Source of the DNA: Fibrobacteria bacterium
GTDB taxonomy: Bacteria; Fibrobacterota; Fibrobacteria; UBA11236
DNA length: 19,755 nt
Assembly (NCBI GenBank): GCA_050486505.1
Contig: JBJHDK010000045.1
Location: 1-19,755 of the forward strand
Reading direction: 5' to 3'
In this document: one piece after another, positions 1 through 8,794 of the stretch
Position numbering within the stretch: position 1 is the stretch's first letter
Layout: each line of letters opens with the position of its first letter
Notes under the pieces: generated by a model
Seen by the model: the letters and a program-made list of their open reading frames with translations, nothing else
Databases searched by the model: none
Told to the model about the DNA's origin: nothing
Position numbers and translations under genes: made by a program

Positions 1-500
1 CGACTTGGACAGGGTGGACAAAGTGAATCGGTCTTGTCCATGCTGTCCAAGAGGTCCAGATCGTCCACCGTCAAACCCCTGCTTTACGACCCCCGCCACC
101 CACTCGGCCACATCGTCGGCAGTTTTGGGTCGCCGCGCCACCAAGTCATCCCTTCTGAGGTCACCGCGTTCCCACTCCTTAAAACCCCTCTGCCGCAGGA
201 AGTCCTGGTAGTCGAGCCGTAATTCTTCCAGGCTGGCGCGGGCGACGTTGGTCAACTTCAGCTCGAACTTCTTGGAGGTCGCGCTGGCCTGGCTGCCTTC
301 GGCGATGTTCTGAACCCCTGATCGGGCGGCCTGTACCATATCTGGTCGTGAGTGCGGCTTCGGCGGTCGATGTACCTGTCACAAAAGCGGACAGTCAGGT
401 CATACACCAATTGTGCCAGTTGGAAGGTTTTGAGGTTGCGGTATCCGCCATGTTTGGGGATTAACGTGCTGTATGGGGGTTTAGTGTCTTGCATGCCCAT
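1..500 (-). pseudogene. Four-helix-bundle (TIGR02436-like, suffix-domain type) protein gene, frameshifted by an extra AT at ~340-341; runs off the left edge
   Basis: ORF 258..500 gives LIPKHGGYRNLKTFQLAQLVYDLTVRFCDRYIDRRSRTHDQ. Removing 2 nt from CAG-AT-ATG-GTA continues as MVQAARSGVQNIAEGSQASATSKKFELKLTNVARASLEELRLDYQDFLRQRG, open to position 1. The NIAEG and ARASLEEL motifs are typical of this family. Could be a true pseudogene or a sequence error. Confidence 0.85.
5..67. repeat. Inverted 9-bp-period arrays (TGGAC / GTCCA) inside the four-helix-bundle coding frame
   Basis: TGGAC at 6 and 15 (TGAAT at 24); GTCCA at 36, 45, 54, 63. Segment 5-21 matches the reverse complement of 34-50 at 15/17. 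Confidence 0.85.
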
Positions 501-532
501 TTGTTATGCAAGGCGCGTGCCTGTTCGGCTTT

Positions 533-1279
533 TCACTCCCCACCGTGATCGAACCGCCCCTCGCGCAGGAACAGAACGGTCTGCCGCACCGCTTCGCGGC
601 TCCACAGAATCAACGTATGCGACGCCGGGATTTCCACGAAGTCGCGCATGCCCTCCAGCTTTGTGCGCTTCACCGCGACCTTCCCGTCGTCGCGCCCCGG
701 GATCCAGTCCGAGAACAGGGGATCGAGGGAGCGTGTGGCCGCGATGACGCCGAACTCGAACATCGGGGGCTCCAGCCGCATCGGCAGGGAGGCGGAGTCG
801 GTGCCGAGCTGGCGCGCCGCTGGCCCTGCGATCTCCGCCAGCAGCCACCAGTGATCGAGATTGTCCGCCACTTCGCTGCCCCGGTTGGGCGGCGCGATCA
901 TCACCACGCGCCCGATGCGAGGCGCGCCGTCCATGGTCTCAAGGTGTCGGGCGATGATGCCGCCCATGGAGTGCGTGACGAAGTGGATGGGGACGGTGTC
1001 GTTCGGGAAGCAACGCCGGATGTCGGGAAGAACGTGATGCTTCGCGAGGATTTCGATGGGGTAGCGGCGCGAGGGGTAGTCCACCGGGCATGCGCGGAAA
1101 CCGGCGTCTTCAAGCCCGCGCTGGATCCGTTTCATCGACAGGGTGTTGAGCGCCAGGCCGTGCAGCAGCACCACGGGTTCGCCGGCCGGGTCGAACGGGA
1201 CGTTCCGTGCGGCTGCCGGGGCCTCGGAAGCGAGGACGAGCGGCAACATCAGGAGGGAGGTGATCGGGAGGAGGCGCAT
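533..1279 (-). CDS. Secreted alpha/beta-fold hydrolase (lipase/esterase-like)
   Basis: Motifs VVLLHGL, FVTHSMGG (nucleophile elbow), DDGKV and a late His. Start placed at ATG 1279 because a signal-peptide-like MRLLPITSLLMLPLVLA follows it. Confidence 0.85.
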   Translation of the reverse strand: MRLLPITSLLMLPLVLASEAPAAARNVPFDPAGEPVVLLHGLALNTLSMKRIQRGLEDAGFRACPVDYPSRRYPIEILAKHHVLPDIRRCFPNDTVPIHFVTHSMGGIIARHLETMDGAPRIGRVVMIAPPNRGSEVADNLDHWWLLAEIAGPAARQLGTDSASLPMRLEPPMFEFGVIAATRSLDPLFSDWIPGRDDGKVAVKRTKLEGMRDFVEIPASHTLILWSREAVRQTVLFLREGRFDHGGE

Positions 1280-1404
1280 TGCTTCAAGCATAGCATCCGG
1301 GGCATTACCAAGAGGGTGCGGGATCGGTGGCGCCATCGGATACGGCCCTCCGCGTGGCCCCAGGCGCCCGAAAAGAAAAGCGAAACGTCCCTGCCGTGAC
1401 CCTC

Positions 1405-1436
1405 CATTGCCTCATTGTTCTATTGCTGCATTGTTC
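1405..1436. repeat. 8-bp-period tandem array (CATTGCCT CATTGTTC TATTGCTG CATTGTTC)
   Basis: ATTG at 1406, 1414, 1422 and 1430, directly upstream of prfB. Confidence 0.75.
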
Positions 1437-1450
1437 TAAATTCACTCCCC

Positions 1451-2546
1451 ATGGAATCGATCAAAGAACTGCAGGACCGTGTCCTCAAACTACGGGGGTA
1501 TCTTTGACATCCCCGACAAACAAGAAGAATTAGCCCTCCTCGAGCGCCAGGCGGCGAATCCCGACTTCTGGGAAGATGCCGTCAAGGCGCAAAAAGTCCA
1601 GAAAGAAATGAAGGCCCTTCAGGGCTGGATCGAAGCTTGGGAATCCCTGCACCGCGAGGTGGAGGATGCGGCCGGTTTGGCCGAAATGGCCGAAGCCGAG
1701 GGCGACGACGACGTACTGTCCGAAGTCGAGGCCTCGCTGCCCGCGCTCGACCAACGCCTGACCGACATCGAACTCAAGAAAATGCTCGGCGGCGAGGATG
1801 ACGCGCGTCCCGCCATCCTGTCGATCACATCAGGCGCGGGCGGCACCGAGAGCCAGGACTGGACGCGCATGTTGTACGAGATGTACACGCGCTGGCTCGA
1901 CAAGCGCGGCTTCAAGTACGAGGTGCTCGACCTGCAGGAGGGCGAAGAGGCCGGCATCAAGGGCGTCACGCTCGAGGTGCACGGCGACTTCGCGTACGGC
2001 TACCTGAAGGCCGAGAACGGCGTGCACCGCCTGGTGCGCATTTCGCCGTTCGATGCGAACGCGCGGCGCCACACGTCGTTTTCATCGGTGCACGTGTACC
2101 CCGAACTTGAAGACATCGAGTTCGAGATCGATGAGAAAGACATCAAGGTCGACACCTTCCGCGCGGGCGGCGCGGGCGGACAGCACATCAACAAGACCGA
2201 CTCGGCCGTGCGCATGACGCACATCCCCACCGGCATCGTGGTGGCGTGCCAGAACGAGCGCAGCCAGCACAAGAACCGCGCGAGCGCGATGAAGATGCTG
2301 CAGTCGCGCGTGTATCAGCACATCAAGGAAGAGGAAGAGGCCAAGCGCGATTCGAAGAAGGCGTCGAAGCTGAAGATCGAATGGGGCAGCCAGATCCGTT
2401 CCTACGTGTTGCAGCCCTACAAGTTGGTCAAGGACGTGCGGACGGATTATGAAACTTCCGACGCGGATGGCGTGCTGAACGGCAATCTGGACGGCTTCAT
2501 CAACGCGTATTTGCTGGCGCTGGATGAGGAGAACAGGGAGGGGTAG
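1451..2546 (+). CDS. prfB: Peptide chain release factor 2 (translated via +1 programmed frameshift)
   Basis: ORF1 1451-1507 reads MESIKELQDRVLKLRGYL*. The +1 frame continues DIPDKQ... and contains the SPF (LVRISPFD) and GGQ motifs and WGSQIRSY. Confidence 0.97.
1494..1508 (+). promoter_or_regulatory. prfB programmed +1 frameshift site
   Basis: GGGGG-TAT-CTT-TGA-C: an internal SD-like run followed by the canonical CTT TGA C shift site. Confidence 0.97.
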
Positions 2547-2627
2547 GGGGGATTCTGCGCGGGCCGCTCTTTGGAGGGTTTGGGACGCGAAAGGGTTGAT
2601 TCCGTGGATGGTTCGGGAGAATTAAAC

Positions 2628-2646
2628 CCGTCACCCCGGCGCAGGC
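2628..2646 (+). repeat. Truncated copy of dRS3-like palindrome
   Basis: CCGTCACCCCGGCGCAGGC is identical to 2686-2704 but lacks the right arm. Confidence 0.9.
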
Positions 2647-2686
2647 GCTAGAACAAGAAACGAGTAACGCGAAAACGACTCAGATC

Positions 2687-3204
2687 CGTCACCCCGGCGC
2701 AGGCCGGGGTCCAGTCAGCGTCAGGATTGATTGTTGGCAGCAACAAACCTGGCGACTTCTTGAACGTACTGCTCAAGGCCTGAGTCGTCCCCCGACATTA
2801 TGCGCGCTGGTTCTGGGCTCATTTTTTCACCGTCGCTCATTCTGATACATTCCAGGTACCCCGCATTTTCAACGGTCGTTACTTCCTTGATATGGAATTT
2901 GTTTCCGTTGGAGTCGCGAAACCGAATCAAGTCCGATCCTTTGGTTCCTACCCATGAATTCGGGATGTGGGTTTCGACGAAACTGACCAAGAATGGCTGA
3001 AAAATCCTGTTCATTACGGACTCCAAGGGCTGTGGTTGAAGTGGGGTTTTGAGGTGATCAGAAAAGTAATTTTGTGAAATCGATACAGAATGAAAAAATA
3101 GGTGTTAACACATTGAGGGTATGGCGCAGGCGTTAACACTTCGTGAATCACCCTTCGTCGGCTTTTCGCCTGCTGACTGGACCCCGGCCTGCGCCGGGGT
3201 GACG
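2687..3204. mobile_element. Putative non-autonomous cassette bounded by perfect 33-bp inverted dRS3-like repeats
   Basis: 2687-2719 (CGTCACCCCGGCGCAGGCCGGGGTCCAGTCAGC) is the exact reverse complement of 3172-3204. The interior is visibly AT-richer than the flanking genes and holds one ORF. No transposase or target-site duplication was seen, so mobility is inferred. Confidence 0.6.
2721..3014 (-). CDS. Hypothetical protein (~97 aa), cargo of the IR-bounded cassette
   Basis: Open frame MNRIFQPFLVSF...AANNQS with a GGAG SD 6 nt upstream of ATG 3014. The stop codon lies 1 nt from the left IR. No family recognised. Confidence 0.65.
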   Translation of the reverse strand: MNRIFQPFLVSFVETHIPNSWVGTKGSDLIRFRDSNGNKFHIKEVTTVENAGYLECIRMSDGEKMSPEPARIMSGDDSGLEQYVQEVARFVAANNQS

Positions 3205-3376
3205 TGTAGGGTCATCGTCGTTGCGTTGTTGCCGCCTTCCCGAACCCCTTGATGTAAGGCCTGCAACGGACAGCAAACCCAAACCATCCAACGCGCGGCC
3301 ACCAGGGAATCCCAAACCCTCCGAAGAACGGTCTACAGGGAGCCCCCCCATCCTTTTCTAACTTCCCCCGCCAATC

Positions 3377-4870
3377 ATGGAAACCAACGATCAAGTCGAG
3401 GCGCGGCTCGAGACCCTGCGAAAACTGCGCGAAATGGGGGTCAACCCCTATCCGTACAAGTTCCCCCTCACGCACGACAGCGCGCAGCTGAGAGCCAACG
3501 AGGCTGCACTGCTGGAATCCGGCGAGACCGTGGCCTTTGCGGGCCGCATCGTCCGCTACAACCTCAAGGGCAAGATCGCCTTCCTCCACCTCAAGGACGG
3601 CGCGGGTCGTCTGCAGGTGATGTTCACCCGTGACGGCGTTGGCGAGGAGGCCTTCGGGCTGGTCAAGATGTTCGATATCGGCGACTGGATCGGCGTGTAC
3701 GGCGCGATGTTCGTCACGAAGACGGGCGAGTACAGCGTGCAGGCGCAGAAGGTCGAGCTGCTTTCGAAGGCCGTGCGTCCGCTTCCGATTCCCAAGGAAA
3801 AAATCGAGAACGGGCAGAAAGTCATCTTCGACGAGTTCAAGGACGTCGAGCTGCGTTATCGCCAGCGCTACGTCGACCTCGCCCTGAACGACAACGTGCG
3901 CGACGTGTTCCTCAAGCGCTCCCGCATTTTGCAGGCCATCAGGGAGTACCTGCTGCGGGAGAATTACCTGGAGGTCGAAACCCCCGTCCTCCAGTCGATC
4001 TACGGCGGCGCCAACGCGCGCCCCTTCCTCACGCACCACAATGCCCTTGACATCCCGCTCTACCTGCGCGTGTCGAACGAACTTTATCTCAAGCGCTGCA
4101 TCACCGGCGGCTTTCCGCGCGTTTTCGAGTTCGCCAAGAACTTCCGCAACGAGGGTATCGACCGCACGCACAACCCCGAGTTCACGCTGCTGGAGTTCTA
4201 CGAGGCTTGGTCGGACTACAACGACATGATGGTGCGCTTCGAGAACCTCTACGCCGCCGCCTGTACGGCCGCCAACGGCTCGCCGAAGTTCACGTTCCAG
4301 GGCAAGGAGTTCGATCTCACCCCGCCCTGGCCGCGGCTTACGGTCAAGGAGGCCTTGAAGAAGTTCGGAAACCTCGACGTCGATTCGCTCTCCGACGAGC
4401 AGCTCAAGGCCGAATGCGCCAAGCATCACGTCGAGCTCAAGGGAAAGATCTGGTTGCGCGGCCTCGCGGTCAAGGGACTGTTCGAGGCCCTGTGCGAGCC
4501 GCACCTCGACGGTCCGGTGTTCATCACCGACCACCCGAAGGAAAGCACGCCGCTGTGCAAGGTGCACCGCGACGACCCGACCCTCGTGGAACAGTTCGAG
4601 CCCTACATCAACGGCTGGGAAGTGGGCAACGCGTATTCCGAGTTGAACGATCCGTTGCTGCAGCGCAAGCTGCTCGAAGAGCAGGTCGAGCGCGGCCGCG
4701 GCGGCGAGGACGAAACGCACCCGCTCGACGAGGACTTCCTGCGCGCGCTGGAGTACGGCATGCCACCGACGGGCGGAGTCGGCATCGGTATCGACCGCAT
4801 GATCATGCTGCTCACCGACAGCCCCAATATCAAGGACGTGCTGCTCTTTCCGTTGATGAGACCGGAATAG
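3377..4870 (+). CDS. lysS: Lysine--tRNA ligase (class II)
   Basis: N-terminal OB fold, [33 protein letters not shown] and [16 protein letters not shown] motifs. Confidence 0.98.
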   Translation: METNDQVEARLETLRKLREMGVNPYPYKFPLTHDSAQLRANEAALLESGETVAFAGRIVRYNLKGKIAFLHLKDGAGRLQVMFTRDGVGEEAFGLVKMFDIGDWIGVYGAMFVTKTGEYSVQAQKVELLSKAVRPLPIPKEKIENGQKVIFDEFKDVELRYRQRYVDLALNDNVRDVFLKRSRILQAIREYLLRENYLEVETPVLQSIYGGANARPFLTHHNALDIPLYLRVSNELYLKRCITGGFPRVFEFAKNFRNEGIDRTHNPEFTLLEFYEAWSDYNDMMVRFENLYAAACTAANGSPKFTFQGKEFDLTPPWPRLTVKEALKKFGNLDVDSLSDEQLKAECAKHHVELKGKIWLRGLAVKGLFEALCEPHLDGPVFITDHPKESTPLCKVHRDDPTLVEQFEPYINGWEVGNAYSELNDPLLQRKLLEEQVERGRGGEDETHPLDEDFLRALEYGMPPTGGVGIGIDRMIMLLTDSPNIKDVLLFPLMRPE

Positions 4871-4974
4871 GGGGTGTTCTTCGCGGACACCGCGAGGGAA
4901 GGGGCATGTTACGGGTGGGCGCTTCCGTCGGGGGTTTGCATCTTTCCCGGGAACCGTTCCGCAGGAGGATTGCA

Positions 4975-5988
4975 ATGTTTTCCCGTTTTCTGGCACTTTC
5001 GTCCCTGACGTTTTTTGCAGTCGGCGCTACGGCGCAGGAACCCGCTCCCGAAGCGCCCTTGCCCGAAGGTCTGTACGTTCATATCCACACGGGCAAAGGC
5101 GTGATCACCGGAGAGATGGAGTTCGAGCGCGCGCCGCTCACCGTGATGAATTTCATCGGTCTCGCGGAGGGCACCAAGGAGCACAACCGCCAGGAATCAA
5201 GCCGTTTCTACGACGGGCTGATTTTCCACCGTGTCATCGCAAACTTCATGATCCAGGGCGGTGATCCCGACGGGAATGGAACGGGTGGACCGGGGTACCA
5301 GTTCCGCGACGAGTTCCATCCTGCCCTGAAGCACGATCGTCCCGGCATTTTTTCGATGGCGAATGCAGGGCCCGGAACCAACGGCAGCCAGTTCTTCATC
5401 ACCCACGTGGCGACGCCGCACCTCGACAACCGGCACAGCGTTTTTGGACGCGTGGTGCGGGGCCAGAGCGTGGTGAACGCCATCCGGAACGGCGACCGCA
5501 TCGATTCGATCCGCGTGGAACGGGTGGGAGAGAAGGCCCGGGCATTCCGGGCGACGGAGGAAAGTTTTCAAAACATGTTGCGGAGGGGAACCATGGAACA
5601 GGAAGCGAAGAAGAAGGCGGCCGAGGAAGCCCTGCGGGCGCTTGAGGCACGTGCAACGACCACGGCCTCGGGACTGAAGTACGTGGTGGAGAGGGAGGGG
5701 AGCGGCCCGAAGCCGCAGCGCGGAACCACCGTGCGAGCTCATTATACGGGCCGGCTCACGGACGGCACTCAGTTCGACTCCTCGCGCGACCGGGGACAAC
5801 CCCTGCAGTTCACCGTTGGCGTGGGCCAGGTGATCGCCGGCTGGGACGAGGCCCTGCTCGACATGCGGAAGGGCGAGCGCAGAACGCTCATCATTCCGCC
5901 CGGCCTTGGCTACGGTTCGCGCGGCGCGGGAGGTGTCATTCCCCCGAATGCAACCTTGATCTTCGACGTCGAACTCGTCGATTTCTAA
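4975..5988 (+). CDS. Peptidyl-prolyl isomerase, cyclophilin + FKBP dual-domain, with signal peptide
   Basis: AGGAGG SD at 4963-4968. Cyclophilin motifs [15 protein letters not shown] and [21 protein letters not shown] motifs [18 protein letters not shown] and [13 protein letters not shown]. Confidence 0.95.
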   Translation: MFSRFLALSSLTFFAVGATAQEPAPEAPLPEGLYVHIHTGKGVITGEMEFERAPLTVMNFIGLAEGTKEHNRQESSRFYDGLIFHRVIANFMIQGGDPDGNGTGGPGYQFRDEFHPALKHDRPGIFSMANAGPGTNGSQFFITHVATPHLDNRHSVFGRVVRGQSVVNAIRNGDRIDSIRVERVGEKARAFRATEESFQNMLRRGTMEQEAKKKAAEEALRALEARATTTASGLKYVVEREGSGPKPQRGTTVRAHYTGRLTDGTQFDSSRDRGQPLQFTVGVGQVIAGWDEALLDMRKGERRTLIIPPGLGYGSRGAGGVIPPNATLIFDVELVDF

Positions 5989-5997
5989 CCTTGCCGC

Positions 5998-7272
5998 ATG
6001 CAAAAAGCCGTCTCGATCCTGGTGTGCGCGGCGTCACTGGCCTTCGCGCACCCTGACATGCGTGCGGTGCTCCAGGGCTCCGCGTCGTCTACTTCCTCCT
6101 CGCCCTTGGTTCTCGAGCAGCGCGGCTCGGGGGGGGGATGGCTCGACGGCAGTGCTTCGCCGCGCCGCGTCTCCGCAGGCTCGCCCGCCAACCGTGCGAC
6201 CTACCTCGCCTATCAGACCGCGCATTAGACCAACGTGTACGGCCTGGGCGTGCCGCTGGGACTCGGTGTCGATGAAGCCCGCGTGTTGGTGGCCCTCCCG
6301 CTCATCACCGCTCCGCTTGCCTTCGGCGTGCACCTTGGCACCATGCCGCGTCTCGACTTCACGGAGTCGCACCTCAAGTCGACGACTTATGTGCCGGCTT
6401 TCGCCGTCTATTCGACCACGGCCCTTGCCTTGGCGTTCGCCCCGGATGCGGGGGACGGGTTCCGCATCGGCTCCCTGCTCGGGGCCGCGGCGTATCCCGC
6501 AGGGTTGTGGTACGGGCACAGGATGGGCGACGCCTACCGGACCAAGCCGGAGCAAATCGATGCGAAAATCCTCTTTGCGTTGGGGTACGGTTTCGTCGGC
6601 TTCGTGACGCCCATCCTGTATTTCGAGAGCCCCAGCAAGAATTCCGAAGACGTACTACGCATCGGTTTGGGCCAGAGCGTGGGCATGGGCCTGGTGGGCC
6701 ATCTGGTTGCGGATCAGTATCGCGCGGGGGTGGCCACGGGATCGGGTGTGCCGCTGGGCATGGCGTCGCACACGGTCCTGGGTGGCCTCGCGGGCATCGC
6801 AGGCGCTGCCTATGCGGATGCTTCCGGCTCTTCGCTGCGCCCCTGGATCGGTGCGGCGATCGTGGGCTCGACGCTCGGTTTCACGGAAGCGGTTTACTTC
6901 TTCCGCGACAGCCGAGATTCGCAAGAGCGAGCCCAGTTCGCCGCACTGGGTGGCGTCGGCGGTGCCATGATGGGACTCGGCCTGCAAATTCTCACGCATG
7001 ACGAGAACATGTCGTCGCACGGAAAGAAAATTTCATGGGCATCATTCCTCGTCGGCGGCGCTTGGGCCGGGTATTGGGCCACCTACGCCCTCACCGGTCA
7101 CATGAACGAGACGGCTTCCATTCCGGAGTCTCAGGGGACGCGACTCGCCGCCACCGCGACTCCGGCACCGGTGCGCTGGGAACTGAACCCGCTCCCGCAT
7201 CCCGAAATGGTGATGTCGCGCGGAGAACCTGCGTCCCGGTGGAAGGTCCCGGGGCTGACGTATCGGTTCTGA
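5998..7272 (+). pseudogene. Gly/Ala-rich multi-pass membrane protein gene interrupted by an in-frame TAG at 6226-6228
   Basis: ORFs 5998..6228 (signal-peptide-like start) and 6235..7272 share one frame and are separated only by TAG-ACC-AAC. There is no SD before GTG 6235. Could also be a sequencing error or readthrough. Confidence 0.65.
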
Positions 7273-7290
7273 CGCGACCGGCGTTTGAAA

Positions 7291-7447
7291 TGGACAGTGT
7301 GCAGTGAACAGTGAACAAAAGGTGGTCGGTGCGAGACGTTGATGTGCGGGCCAGAATGGGTTTGAATCGTTCGAAACCCTGAAATTCCGCGCTTTTTGGC
7401 TCTTACTGAGTGTTGCTCATTGTTCGCTGTCCACTGCACACTGTCCA
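7291..7447. repeat. Inverted pair of 7-bp-period arrays flanking a 101-bp spacer
   Basis: Left arm 7291-7318 is TGGACAG TGTGCAG TGAACAG TGAACAA. Right arm 7420-7447 reverse-complements to TGGACAG TGTGCAG TGGACAG CGAACAA (26/28 match), with an extra unit at 7413-7419. Confidence 0.9.
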
Positions 7448-7522
7448 CCACCTTTCCCCCTTCCTATCTTTGACCCCCCGCCTTCCCGGTGTTTCGGGGA
7501 GATTTCCCACGGAGGCGTCCGC

Positions 7523-8377
7523 ATGATCAGCCCCAACCAGCCTGCCAAACCCGCGAAGTCCGCTGCCTCCAAGCCGCTGGTCTCCATCGCCGACGTGCAG
7601 GGCTACGACGATACCCGCCGCATCGACATCGACAAGGTGGGCATCAAGGACATCAAGCATCCCGTGCGCGTGGCCGACCGCACCGGCGGCGAGCAGCACA
7701 CCGTGGCCACCTTCAGCATGTTGGTGTACCTGCCCCACAATTTCAAGGGCACTCACATGAGCCGGTTCGTCGAGATCCTCAACCGCCGCGAGAAGGAAAT
7801 CACCGTCGAAACCTTTCAGCACATGTTGCCCGAGATGGTCAAGCGCCTCAACAGCGAGAAGGGCGTCATCGAAATGCGCTTCCCGTATTTCGTGAACAAG
7901 AAGGCACCGGTCTCGAAGGTCGAGAGCCTGATGGACTACGATGTGACCTTCATCGGTGAGCACTGCAATGGCAGGACGGACATGACGCTTAAGGTCGTGG
8001 TGCCGGTCACGTCGCTTTGCCCTTGCTCCAAGGAAATCTCCGAGTACGGGGCGCACAACCAGCGCTCGCACATCACGGTAACGGCCCTGCTTGCGCAGGC
8101 CCCCGCTTTCGTGTGGATCGAAGAGATCATCGAGATGATTGAATCGATCGCTTCTTGTGAGCTGTTCGGGTTGCTCAAGCGTCCCGACGAGAAGTGGGTC
8201 ACAGAACGGGCTTACGAGAACCCGAAATTCGTCGAGGACATGGTGCGTGACGCGGCGCACCTGCTCAACAAGGATGACCGCATTGTCAAGTACACGATCG
8301 AGTCTGAAAACTTCGAGTCGATCCACAATCACTCGGCCTACGCCCTGATCGAAAAGGACAAGCGAACTCGGGATTAG
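7523..8377 (+). CDS. folE2: GTP cyclohydrolase IB (FolE2)
   Basis: [48 protein letters not shown] and [12 protein letters not shown] motifs; GGAGG SD upstream. Confidence 0.96.
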   Translation: MISPNQPAKPAKSAASKPLVSIADVQGYDDTRRIDIDKVGIKDIKHPVRVADRTGGEQHTVATFSMLVYLPHNFKGTHMSRFVEILNRREKEITVETFQHMLPEMVKRLNSEKGVIEMRFPYFVNKKAPVSKVESLMDYDVTFIGEHCNGRTDMTLKVVVPVTSLCPCSKEISEYGAHNQRSHITVTALLAQAPAFVWIEEIIEMIESIASCELFGLLKRPDEKWVTERAYENPKFVEDMVRDAAHLLNKDDRIVKYTIESENFESIHNHSAYALIEKDKRTRD

Positions 8378-8397
8378 CCGCAAAAGAACGCAAAGTA

Positions 8398-8426
8398 AAA
8401 CGGCCGCGCTCGCGGCCGTTTCTTTG
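8398..8426. terminator. Intrinsic (likely bidirectional) terminator between convergent folE2 and clpS
   Basis: AAACGGCCGC-GCTC-GCGGCCGTTT stem, T-rich on the right and A-rich on the left. Confidence 0.75.
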
Positions 8427-8461
8427 TGATCCTTTCGTGGTCTTTGTGGTGGTCATTGCGT

Positions 8462-8794
8462 TCAGCACCCCTGAACTTCTGACCTCATCGAAGTCATCGA
8501 CTGCGGCAACCGATGATCGGGCCCGTAGGCGCGGATCTTCGCGCACACCGAGTCGCAGGACGCCCGCGGACCGTAGTACACGGTCGTGCGACCGGTGAGA
8601 TCCACTTCCACTGCGCAGCGAAACGCATTCTCGCGCGTCAGACGGCAGGTCTGAGAGAGCATTTCCACCACGTAGTCGTAGGTGTGGTCTTCGTCGTTGA
8701 AAAGGATCACCTTGCAGGGGTGATCGGCCAGGGGCTCGGTCTCCGTTTCGGGGACGGCCGCGGCGTCAGGTGCTTCATCGGGGGCCTGTTTCAT
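8462..8794 (-). CDS. clpS: ATP-dependent Clp protease adaptor ClpS family protein
   Basis: KVILFNDEDHTYDYVVEML...AVEVDLTG core with an acidic, Pro-rich N-terminal extension. ATG 8794 overlaps the upstream stop codon (ATGA). Confidence 0.88.
   Translation of the reverse strand: MKQAPDEAPDAAAVPETETEPLADHPCKVILFNDEDHTYDYVVEMLSQTCRLTRENAFRCAVEVDLTGRTTVYYGPRASCDSVCAKIRAYGPDHRLPQSMTSMRSEVQGC

Noticed and set aside
1..500. Diversity-generating retroelement (Avd-like gene)
   Set aside because: No reverse transcriptase and no TR/VR pair with adenine-specific mismatches was seen in the window.
4207..4974. Apparent 256-aa N-terminal extension of the PPIase
   Set aside because: It is an alternative frame overlapping lysS; a strong AGGAGG SD and signal peptide place the start at 4975.
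3212..4996. 594-aa minus-strand ORF
   Set aside because: Antisense shadow of lysS, expected with high-GC codon bias; no recognisable motifs.
6129..6137. G9 tract as a phase-variation switch explaining the split membrane gene
   Set aside because: The current length already keeps the N-terminus in frame with the downstream ORF. Slippage would not bypass the TAG into the correct frame.
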